This document shows, in pieces, positions 24,231 to 35,198 of a stretch of DNA of 64,000 nt. This DNA comes from Psammoneis japonica (taxonomy: Eukaryota): assembly GCA_008632985.1 (NCBI GenBank), contig QPGO01000065.1, positions 310,001 to 374,000 of the forward strand, given 5' to 3'. The notes below the pieces were generated by a model. The model was not told where the DNA came from. It made no database searches and saw nothing but the letters and a program-made list of their open reading frames with translations. The position numbers and the translations under genes are program-made. The first letter of the stretch is position 1, and each line of letters begins with the position of its first letter.

Positions 24231-24985
24231 ATGCATGTGCTGCATAGCTTCTTTTGGCTGCTCATGTTGTTCTATTCCCGGTACTTGAGCCAGAGAACAA
24301 CATCAGCGTTTGTTGTTGTGTCACCCACAACGTGTGTTCAACGATGTAGCTCGAGAGTCGTCTCCTTTCTCTCGTCTGATACCTATACTACTGAGCAAGA
24401 AACATCTGCCCCTCAACCGCTCAAGGAAATAGTTCGGCTTCGAGGACCCGTTGATTCTGGATACGGCCGAGGAGGAAAGAAACTTGGATTCCCTACGGCC
24501 AACTTGCCCTCGTCACGTTTTGCGAGTGCACTCGACCGTGTAGATACGGGTGTGTACTTTGGGTGGGCACTTATCGAAGACCCAAGCAAAAGTACAAACA
24601 AGCTACGCAATACCAAGCTTCGAGCTGTTGTCAATGTGGGATACTCTCCCACTTTTGAGGGCAGGAAAATAAGGAAAAGATTGTGGAAGCTCATCTAATG
24701 CTCGAAGAAAGCCAAGTCATGTCGGACTTTTACAACGAAACGATGAAATTGTCTCTTGTTGGATTTCTTCGAAATGAGCAAAAGTTTCCATCCTTTCCTG
24801 ACTTAGTTGCTGCAATTCATGAAGATGTCAGGAATGCAAAAGACGCTTTGGAGATTGAACCCTTTGTGTCGCTACGATCCGACACCTTTTTCAGCCAAGG
24901 CAAATGGGTTGGAGATGGTGGTGGTGACAGCACTGCCAGTTGGGAGTTCCAAGACATGGAAGATGCTTTGAAATTGGTTCCGTGA
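24231..24985 (+). CDS. RFK: Riboflavin kinase with signal/plastid-type presequence; 1-nt frameshift at ~24660
   Basis: LRGPVDSGYGRGGKKLGFPTANL, GVYFGWA, VVNVGYSPTF in one frame; ENKEKIVEAHL, DFYNETMKLSLVGFLRNEQKFPSFPDLVAAI in the next. N-terminus ...TTSAFVV. Confidence 0.9.
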
Positions 24986-25505
24986 TAGTAGTACCGGCAA
25001 TAGGTTACATAAAGTCATACAGATGATAGCGACATAACGATACAGATAGGAGACTAAACTGGCTTTTTGCATGAGATGGCTACTTGAGCTAGCTTAAAAT
25101 ACTTATCACCCCAGCTGCTTGAGATGTTGAACTCTACAAGTAGCTGCATGTGGCATTGCCGGCAAGCAAAGCAATGAGGGAAAGCTGCCACTCAAGCTTT
25201 ACAAAAAGAAAAGCAATAAAGAGAGGTAGGATGAAGGCATTGAGCCTTATCCAAAGCAGTTAAATCTATTCATGCTTAACGACCAAAGCACGAAGACACG
25301 CGACTTTCTCTTCATCGTTAGTACTGCCAATCGCACATCACCCTCGAAGGTCGTATTCGAGCATCCTGAGCTCAGTGAAACTCGGCACACCCTAAGCTTT
25401 CACAATCCAATCTCTTGGTCCTACGCTTTGGAATATAATGAAATCTAGTTTTCCAAGTATAGTCTACTGGTACGATAGCAGGTAAATCGACTTCAAACAC
25501 TGCGA

Positions 25506-27545
25506 TTACGATGGACCTTTTGCTCGAGATGCACGCTGCCTAGCTGCAAGGGCTTTTCCGGCGGCTGCCCGACGCTTCCTGGCCCCCGCCTGGTCTAGTG
25601 CCGCTAAAGCAGCTACTCGGTACATTTCATGATAAGTCACTGCTGAGAAGATACTTGAAGTTAGCTCCTCGATGGTACTTTGCGCCTTGACAAGCTCCAT
25701 GCCGAAATGAATCAGTTCACACGCGTCGTCTCCACAAATATGAACGCCTAACACCCGGCCCGCTGGTTTCTCATAAACGAGTTTGAGCAAACCATTGGGA
25801 GCAAACACTCGCCCTCGAAGACATTCACAATACAAAGCAATAGCATCACCTGCATCAATACCAATCTCTTTTGCTTGTTGCAACGAGAGCCCGTAAAATG
25901 CTGCCTCGGGAGACGTCCAAACTCCTGTCGGGAAGGCAAACGGGTTGGCCGCAAGTGCTTTTGGGTCGAATGACTCCCCGGATGCACTGATATCTCCGTC
26001 GATACATGCCTCGCCATCACCATCCTCGTCACTACAAACAGGAACAATCCCGGGACCGGCTCTGGCAGTGCCATACATTGCCGACACAGCTCCAATGCCT
26101 TGTGCTACACCGGTGGAAGCCAAAAAGGGACGACCCAAGACATCGCCAGCTGCGTAGACATTTCCCAACTTGGCCGTGGTTGCTAGTGTAGACGAGACTA
26201 AGATTCCTCCAAATTCATCCGTGTCGATTCCAGCACTTTGGAGATTAAGGTTTGCCGTGTTTGGCTTCCTTCCAACTGCTGCGAGGTAGGCATCGCAGAC
26301 GATCTCCCGATTCAATGACTTTCCTTCACGATCTGAAAGACCAATCCTGATCGGAGCCGCGAGATTATCCTTGGGGACCTCAAACGACGATGCTTGAGCG
26401 CCACGTTCGATTTTAATACCTGACCGCTTAAAGGGAGTAAAGGTTTAAACAACTCAATTCCGTAAGCTCGCAAAGACGATACATGGGAAATAAAAATGCA
26501 ACATGAACGTTGTGTACTCACTACCAGATCAGCAACGAGCGTCGCCGACACATCAATATCAAGACCAATCTTCATCAAAGCATTTCGTGGCACCAAATCA
26601 CGAATGATTAGAGTCACCTCTGCACCCAAATTTCGAAAGATCTTGGCAAACTCAATCGCAATGATTCCACTGCCGGTAATAGCAATCGACTTGGGAAGAA
26701 AGCTCAGCTAAGAGACGAGAGGTGTTAAATGCAAGCGTGAGAGGACTGTCTGAATATCGAGAAAAATCCAAGTAGGGTGACCTTACCTGGTTGATACTGT
26801 CCGAGTCAAATACTCTTGTTCCGTCAAAAGGGATTCCGCCAGGAAGGAAGGGTTTTGATCCTGTCGCAATTAGAATGTTCTCTGCGGTAACTGATGACAT
26901 TGCATTATCCGATGAGACGAGAAGGGACTTGGTTTCGCCAGAGTCAGGGAAGGACGCAAATCCTTGAATAAGCTCTACTCCAGAGAACTCCAATTGACGT
27001 TTAACGTCATCAGCATTGGATGAAGCTAAGTCTACACAGGAATTAATAATTTCATTCCACACACTGTAGCAAAAAAGAGAAATCGAGAGAGGTATCGTCA
27101 GTTCTTCGACGCATATAAACCCAAACAAGTACTCAGAATACACCTACCTGTCTTCTCGAAGCCCCATTCCACGCAACGTGGAAACTTTGATTCGCTTGCT
27201 AGTGTCACGGAGTGCCTTGCTGAAGAGTCCCGTCGGACCTCCAATACTGAGATCTTCGTTCGTTGCTTCATTCATAAGCATTCCAGAAGCACGAGGTGCA
27301 TCAATTAAACAGACTTTCTTATTGTATGGCGAGGAGGCTGCCATGAGAGCTACCTGAACACCCACTGGACCCGCCCCAACCACGGCAAGATCATAGTTCG
27401 TGGACGCTGCGGAAAGCGAAGAGGATTTGCGCAAGGCGGAGCCGGCTACACCAACATGGAAAGCTCCCGCTTCAAAAAGACAGAGTAATATAATAAGAAC
27501 TCCGTTTAGAACCTGCAAAGCGGCAGAGTATCTTGCATCTCGCAT
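25506..27545 (-). CDS. Pyridine nucleotide-disulfide oxidoreductase family flavoprotein, soluble transhydrogenase (SthA)/dihydrolipoamide dehydrogenase-like; introns 27064-27147, 26708-26786, 26427-26521
   Basis: YDLAVVGAGPVG, GPTGLFSKALR (no redox-active CxxxxC), ILIATGSKP, VFDSDSI, ITGSGIIAIEFAKIF, VYAAGDVLG, GLLKLV...VLGVHICGDDACELIH. Signal peptide ending AGAF. Exons splice in frame. Confidence 0.85.
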
Positions 27546-27995
27546 CTTAGTTTTTTGATGGTGGTTGCGTTTGATGTGTGATGTGTGATGTGTGAAGAAC
27601 AACAATAAATCACACAACATCATCGGTTTGGGGTTATCGGCCGGCAGGAACACGTACTTGCCCTGGCTGTTGTCCGCTTTCAGAGGAGGAGACATAAATT
27701 ATTTTATGTGTTATAAAATGTATAATATAACAGTTTCTTGCTTCTTCATGCATTGATACTTATGATGAGAATCTTTGCACTTAAAAGGCAATATTAGGTA
27801 GATTCTAGCTACGCTGATCTGTATCACTACACATTATTCCGCACTTCTTCAACTTCCAACTTTGGACCACAATCATCATTCCGACACATGCCATCAGTCC
27901 AAACGCTGAAAGCAATTGCTTTGTCGCTGCCGCCGTCCTACTGTACACTGGAATTCATTCACCCTCTTCGCTTTTGTCTGTCTTTAATTTGAATA

Positions 27996-29060
27996 ATGCT
28001 GTCCACCACTCGAGAAATCCTCGTTAAGCATGCCACACGCCGTTCCTACTCGTCGAGTACTGTTCTTCAAGAAAGGCTCGTGATCGCCGTTGGAGGCAAC
28101 GCACTGCAACGTCGTGGTGAGCGCCTAACGATTGAAAACATGCTAAAAGCGTCAGCCGACATGGCGCCCACAATTGCTCAGTTGGCGGCAGAGCATCAAG
28201 TGGTACTGACGCACGGAAATGGTCCTCAAGTCGGTGAACTCGCCTTGGAACGGTCGGCTGCCACTTTTGATATTCTCGGGGCGGAGAGTATGGGCCAAAT
28301 AGGATTTGTACTGGCACAGGCGTTGGCATCCGTGGGGTGTCACGCTGTACCAATTCTGACCCAAGTTGTGGTCGATCAACAAAGTGATGCGTTCAAAAAT
28401 CCAACAAAGTTTGTTGGTCCGATTTATGGAATGAAGGAAGCTCATGCTCTTGCCGAACAGCTGCATTGGACTGTCAAGGCTGACGGGGAATACTATAGAC
28501 GTGTTGTCCCATCTCCGCCACCGCTAGAAATCTTACAACTGGAAGCGATTCGAACCCTCTTGGAAGAGCAACCTGATTGCCTTCCTATTGCATGTGGCGG
28601 CGGCGGAGTTCCTGTGGCTCGAGTCCCATCATGTCCCAGCACGTTGGTTGGTGTCGAGGCAGTCATTGACAAAGACATGTGTGGGGCTCGTCTAGCGGTA
28701 GATCTAGAAGCTGACGGACTCATCATCTTGACAGATGGAGGTGGTATATGGGAGAAGTTCGGCAAACCAGACGCTCGAGAAATGTCAAGTGTCACACCCG
28801 AGTATCTCGAAGGGACCAAGGCTGGCAAGTCCTTTCCTGGAAGTATGGGCCCGAAAATCCAAGCTGCCATTAATTTTGTCAACGAATCAAAGTCTAGTTC
28901 TGCATGGGCCGCTATCGGTGACTTGAAAGACGCAGCAAAGATAATGTCAAATGAGGAAGGCACGTTTGTCAAGAAGGACGTTGAGGGAGGAGTCGTTTGG
29001 AGAGCCGGGAAGTCGGGCCCACAATCTCGACCGACCAAGGAACCTCACAAGTCAGGATGA
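27996..29060 (+). CDS. arcC: Carbamate kinase with probable mitochondrial transit peptide
   Basis: LVIAVGGNAL, LTHGNGPQVG, NPTKFVGP, YRRVVPSP, CGGGGVPV, GVEAVIDKD, GSMGPKI. Confidence 0.95.
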   Translation: MLSTTREILVKHATRRSYSSSTVLQERLVIAVGGNALQRRGERLTIENMLKASADMAPTIAQLAAEHQVVLTHGNGPQVGELALERSAATFDILGAESMGQIGFVLAQALASVGCHAVPILTQVVVDQQSDAFKNPTKFVGPIYGMKEAHALAEQLHWTVKADGEYYRRVVPSPPPLEILQLEAIRTLLEEQPDCLPIACGGGGVPVARVPSCPSTLVGVEAVIDKDMCGARLAVDLEADGLIILTDGGGIWEKFGKPDAREMSSVTPEYLEGTKAGKSFPGSMGPKIQAAINFVNESKSSSAWAAIGDLKDAAKIMSNEEGTFVKKDVEGGVVWRAGKSGPQSRPTKEPHKSG

Positions 29061-29433
29061 AATGAGCTGTTCTTTAATTTGATTGTGCTTCAGCCTGAGA
29101 AGAGAATGGTTTAGTTACATTTTGTTTTGTGCACCCAAAGCGGTAATGTAATTCATAGCTGTGTTGTTATCGATCCACTCTATGAAAGTTTCAATTATTG
29201 CTGGTTTATATTATACAAGAAGAACTATCGTCTACTAACTTGCTTGAGTTCTCGTTCCATCGGCTTCTTCACTCTCACCCGTACGACACAGGCTTCAACT
29301 TCTGGAGAGCTTCCCCCAGACTTTGGCTTTTTTTTTTTGAAATCGCCGCGAAAGGCGCGAAAGCGATGCACACGGTGGGAGGCGCCACGAATTAAAGATA
29401 CAGTATTGTCAACAATGAATGTTAGTTCCAGCA

Positions 29434-29806
29434 CATTCGAAGCGAGAATGCGTGATGTGAGTGTTTGAATTGAAAAAAGGCAGACTACTGTACATACTGT
29501 ACTGTACCATCCACACGATAAAAGTAAAAATTGGCGCCAAGAATTTATACACTACATTTTAAAATTACAGCAGCTCTCTTTTTCTAATTCGTATTCTCAA
29601 CAATGTGTATGTTAAGTTGAGCATTCGAAGCCGAGAATGCAGGCCCGCTACACGATAGGAGGCATCTTTCCATCCATAAAAATTGGCGCCAGGAATGAAT
29701 TGAATTATTATTCACAATGAATTTTGCAGCATACATACAGAAATGTGGGTATTCGAAGCCGAGAAGGCGGGAGTAGATGTGAGTGTTTCAATTGAAAAAA
29801 GGCAGG
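29434..29806. repeat. Degenerate short tandem/dispersed repeat cluster
   Basis: attcgaagc(c)gagaa x3 (~29434, 29623, 29751); gatgtgagtgtttSaattgaaaaaaggcag x2; aaaattggcgcca x2. Confidence 0.7.
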
Positions 29807-30003
29807 CCAGCGCACAGAAGATTTGGCCAGATCATATTCGTCGTCTCGTGATCGATTCTTCTCGTGGTCTTCCGCAGGTGTATCGTCTCACTTCTTCAGC
29901 ATCGACCGCCCTCTCTGCTCGTTAGTAAGGTTGCGGCGCTCTGCGAGACAAGAAGAAGTGCTAACCCCCTTTCTAACGATGCCAAACTGGCGGAGTTATT
30001 ACT

Positions 30004-31356
30004 CCTGGTGGATGCTCTGGATACCTTGTGGCTCATGGGACTCAAGGATGAATTCTACAAGGCGAGGGATTGGGTACGGGATGAATGATTCGTGGCGGGG
30101 CGAGGAGTCTCTGTCTTTGAAACGACAATTCGGAGTTTGGGCGGATTGTTGTCGGCGTATGATTGGTCGGGAGACGAGGCTTTTTTAGACAAGGCGTCGG
30201 ATTAGGAAAGCGATTGTTTAAAGCATTCGACTCACCATCTGGGATTCCCTATGGACAAATCAATTTGGTAACGGGGGCGAAAAGCAATATCGGTTGGGCT
30301 GGAGGCAATGCTATTCTTGCCGAGTTTGGAACATTGCAACTCGAGTTTCGGTACCTTGCCAAGGCCATCAACAAACCAGAATACGCCACAAAAGCAAACA
30401 ACATTTTTGAAATCATGGACAGTGTGTCACCCAAAAATGGACTCTTTCCTTACTATGTCAAGAACCATCAGGATAAACCTGTCTTTGCCAATCAGAAAAT
30501 TACGTTTGGGGCCATGGCGGACAGTTTCTACGAGTACATGCTCAAGGTGTGGTTGCAGGGCGGAAAGACGGAACCGATGTACCGAAAAATGTATGACAAG
30601 GCGATCCAGGGCATGCATGATGAATTGCTACACACGTCAACGCCGTCCGGTCTCACCTACATTGCCGACAAGAATAGTGCTCGTATCGATCACAAGATGG
30701 ACCACTTGGTTTGCTTCATGGGAGGTAAGTCTTTTGCATTTCTCCCGTGTTGTCTGATGCTGGTAGTATTGTTGGTCCTCATTTTCAATCCCATGGCTTG
30801 CTTTCTTGTTTTACGGTTAGGATTGCTCGCGCTTGGAGCCTACACGGACCCGGAAGGCCTTGATTCGGACCGAGCTCAACGCGACCTCAAGACTGGAAAG
30901 GCTCTTACTTACACGTGCTATCAAATGTACGCTCGCATGAACACGGGTATTTCGGCGGAATGGGTTCAGTTCCACCCCGACGAGGACTTTGCGGTTGGTC
31001 ACGGCTCTCATCATTATCTCTTGAGACCGGAAGCGGTCGAGTCCATGTTTATTCTCGATCAACTCACGGGTGATCCAGTGTACCGAGAATGGGGATGGGA
31101 AATATTTTCTGCAATCGAGCGGTGTTGCAAAACCAAGATTGCCTATGGACAGTTGAAAAATGTACAAGACGTGAACGGACCGCCACAAGACAAGATGGAG
31201 TCCTTCTTCTTGGCAGAGACTCTCAAGTATTTGTATTTATTACAGGATCCAGATACACCCGTGGACATTTTAAACAAGCATGTCTTCAATACGGAAGCAC
31301 ATCCAATGCGAATCTTTCCAGTAATTGACAAGGAAGGGAAGCAAGCAGTCAAGTAG
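30004..31356 (+). pseudogene. GH47 alpha-1,2-mannosidase, 5'-truncated copy 2 (intron 30725-30820), with a stop and frameshifts in the first 200 bp
   Basis: Near-identical to the reverse complement of 12727-14088. Indel and TGA at ~30086, 1-nt deletion near 30205. Homology to copy 1 flank continues to ~32075 (vs ~11965). Confidence 0.92.
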
Positions 31357-33449
31357 GCCCTACTCCATACTCTAGTAGATGGCCCTCACGGTAGTACACT
31401 ACGGTGCATTTTTTGACGATGTTGTGTTCAACACAAGAAGAGTCGTCGTCGTTGTATCTGTGTCTCAATCAATATCTACGGAAATGAGATTGGTATGAAA
31501 GTCTTCTTTATGGCAACGTAGAAGATATAATTTATATCCTATGCCCGTATAGCATATAAAATTGAATTTGATTAGTCCGACTGAAAAAAATCGTGATGTA
31601 CCCCCTTTGGAAATTTCAGTCCATCTAATCAAATGATTTTTATGTGTTTCAAAAAACATTAATATATAAGGTATAGAAAGAGCGCGTATGACTTTGAATA
31701 ATAAAAACGCTACAGTAACGAACGTTTTAGATTTGTCATGATGGCGAACACACGCCTACAACCGATAAGATGAACGCGATAGAGCACAAACAAAAAAAAG
31801 GATGCCAGATTGAAGATGCAAGCACCATCAGCATCGCATCGAGAAAAAGCTTACCGGTATGACATTGCGGGCAAGTCGTTCTGTGATTGCAACATTGGCT
31901 TTCAGTTTCGAGACCTGGAACTCGTCCTCCATCAACCAAGAAAAGAAATGGAAGAAGTGTTGAACTTTTGCGGACAAGATTTTGCAAGCACATGGAGCAC
32001 GCATCAACGTCGTCTCGAGCGACAAGACGTGCAACAACAATGCACGGTACCTGCCGCTATTTGCCGTCCAACAACAAGCATGTCTTCAATGCGGAAGCAC
32101 ATCCAATGCGAATCTTTCCAGCAATTGACAAGGATTGTTGTGTTCAACACAAAGAGTCGACTCTCTAAAACAACCACCTGTTCACAAGCACTCATGCACA
32201 CAGCTGCACCTGCCCATTTGCAAGCGCCGAGAGTCAGTCGTTGTCGTTGGGATGTTGATCGACGTGGCGTTTGGGCACTGGTTTTGATTGCCCGAGTCAA
32301 TGCCGGTGAACAATTGTTTTCGTCGTTGCTCAAAACCATTGAGGCCATTTCGTCACAACAAGCCAGAGCATGGGCAACACTTGTTCATTCCCATCGTGCC
32401 ACAGCATTTGCAACAAGACCTTGCAGGGTGTGCCAGAAATTCGAGTGGAGTGCCAGCAGCTGTGCCTTTGGATGCGAATGAAAAGGAAACGCGAGGCATG
32501 CCCGCATCGCATGCACTCAATGACATTCCAGACTTGTGTTCGAGGAGTGTGCTCATGGAGACATCGAACAAACGGGTCTCCCTTGGGCTGGAGGCAGCCA
32601 TGGTTTCTCTCCATTGCACTCATGGGGACCATTTTTTGATGCCGCTGGTTGCGCCTCTTAAGTTCTTGGCATGGCCTTGGGGGAGGTGCGCATGGTGAAT
32701 CTTGGCTGAAGGGCGACAGATGACACTGGGGGCAGGATCCGAACATTCTTTTCTGAATCGCAACGCGTCTTCCAACGGGAGCTTTCGGTCCTTGTTTAGC
32801 ATGTGGATCATGTGTCACTGGACGGTCTTGATGGCATGAACCAAATGACTTCGACAAGTTTGGGTGCGGATGCAGAACAAAAAAAAGAGCTCGATTCCCT
32901 GGGCGAATGCATCATCGCGAAATTGAGCAGCAGCGTGTCGCGTTTCACAGTGCTTTTACGCCATGTTGCTGCACACCGGACCAGAATGATGGAGACATGC
33001 GAGTCGATGCAGTTGCACCTGCTTCTGCCACCACATGCAATCTGCACGCTGCTAACCATCGTGAGGGATGACCAGGGATGACGCTGCGCAAAAGGTGCCA
33101 TCCATGCTCTCTGTACGAGAGGGACTCGGCAAACCTTGATTAATCCATGAATGGCCAACAAGACCAAAACAGCGGACCTGCCAAGTTGCATGCGTTGAAC
33201 GGCGGCATGGACAGCAGCTCCAATGCCTCAGTCAGTCACTCGTCCTGCCAATCTCGGGCGGAAGACTCGTGAGTTTGCAGTTGACAAGGTGGAGATCCGC
33301 AAGACCAGTCAGCAAGCCAATGTTGGGTGAGTGACGTCTCGAGCGAGTGACAAGTGCTCACATCAAGAACGCGAGGCTGGCTTTGCACTCCAATCTTGTT
33401 GGGAAGCGAAGGCGAGTGCAACAGGTGCAGCTTCTCAAAGGCTTGGCAT

Positions 33450-33590
33450 CAGTGTGTCTCGGCAGGCACGGACTTGAGCTGCTTGCAACCAGAGAGACTC
33501 AGTTGTTGAACCTCCGGGAGCCACTTCGCATCTGACGTCAAGGCTGCAATGTCCACATTTGAAAAATCGAGCGAAACATCCTGCCTTGCT
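33450..33590 (-). pseudogene. Possible leucine-rich-repeat fragment
   Basis: VSLDFSNVDIAAL...LPEVQQLSLSGCKQLKSVP fits LxxLxLxxCxxLxxxP. Confidence 0.35.
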
Positions 33591-35198
33591 TGTCGTGTTT
33601 CATTGTGGTGGCCAATCTCGCTCGCGACACGGGCTTGGCCCATGCGGCAAGAGCAAGTGTGGGGCTTGGCACAATTTTGACTCGCTGCAAGTAGAAGTGC
33701 AACACACGTTCAATCCGTTCAATGCGAGATTCTCTTCCATGGTAGAATTGCGGATTGTTGTGCTGTGTTTTGACACACATTGGAGAGCAACACCCGAAAT
33801 CGCAGTGTGGAAGCAGGAAAAAAGAGTTCTTGGCCAAGAGATGTCTTGTTTGGAGAGTGCGAGCTGCTGTCGCCGCCGTTCGAGTCAATGCTTCACCGGG
33901 TTGGGTGAACACTTGCCAAACGTTTTGACTGCTTTTGGTTGCTCTGCCAACCGTCTTTCTTTGTTGTCAAGGCTTTCTCGGCGATCGGATGATCATTGAA
34001 TGGAGGCGTGGGAGGAGGGAGAGGCCAGTGGATCGATTTGTCTGCTGGGACTGCGAGCTTTGTTGGGGTTGGGACATTGAATGGCATCAAGATGGGGCAG
34101 TCGGCCTCGGAGGATTGCATGACCCTCTGAAGGTGCTCGTGGGTTTTGGGTGGTGGACGTGCAGGTCCACCTAGAATCGGGTCGCCACTGTCAGGCAACG
34201 ACCGTGCGTCCCATTCTTGCTTGGGCTCCTGTCCGACGCTTCTGCACTTGGCTACCCAGTGGTCCATTTCTTGTGGAATTTGCGACAAAGAGGGGTGTGG
34301 AAACTTGACTGTTGACCCCATCTTCGAGTGGGGCACTTTTTCGTAATCTTGCTGCTTGCAAACGCATCGTGTCTGGGACCAAGAACGTGAAGCAAATTCC
34401 GATTTCTAAAGCTGCAGCAGCACATGCATTTCGGCAGAGGGGAATGTTGGCGGTTGGGGTGATTTGCCAAGGCTTGGGCACTGTCTGGCTCTCAAGAGGG
34501 ACAAAAGCCTGTTTCTGCATGACTCCGAACCGATGGCGTGACTCTTTTGCATTGAAATGTCGAACCGGGACATCACAAAAGATCTGTGGACACAAACAGC
34601 TCGAAAACCATCATTCCACTTCTCTTGGAGCCCAGTGGATCTGGCCAAATTGATGAAGCAGGGAGTGTGTCATCTCCGTCACGAGGACACCAAGCATGGC
34701 AATGTGGGACCTCTTGCTGTGGCACTTGGTGGCTGGACCGCACTGGACGGGACCGCTGCAACGAAGCAAATGAATGACTCGCAATTGCTTCCTGTTGCCT
34801 TTGTCAGTGACACTGAGTCGCTGTTTTGACGATGAGTGGCACTCTGTGTCGCACATTGTGTCTTGTCAACGAGCGTCTCTAGGTGACAATCAACAGGGTG
34901 CGTGGTGCCAAGCGGTGCATTCTTTGAACACGTGTTCATTTGTGATGATTTCTTGTCATTAATCTGACAATTGTGGAGCTTGTCTTTCATGCTCTCTTCC
35001 TCCCCTGGGATTGCGTGACAGATCGCATGAACTCTCGGAACTGATGGGTTGTGCGACTCGACAGAATCGTCACTGTGAGTCGCACCAACTTAGTGTGGTT
35101 CGGGCATCAGAGACACCAACCTCGTTTGAGTTCTTGGGCGCATTCCGCGATTCCAGAGGCAAGAAAGAAGAACGGTTAGACAAGCTCCACGTAAACCT

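Noticed and set aside
30725..30820. Hydrophobic insert KSFAFLPCCLMLVVLLV in the GH47 ORF suggesting a transmembrane segment
   Set aside because: It is a 96-nt stop-free GT-AG intron; the paralogous intron is 97 nt and breaks the frame.
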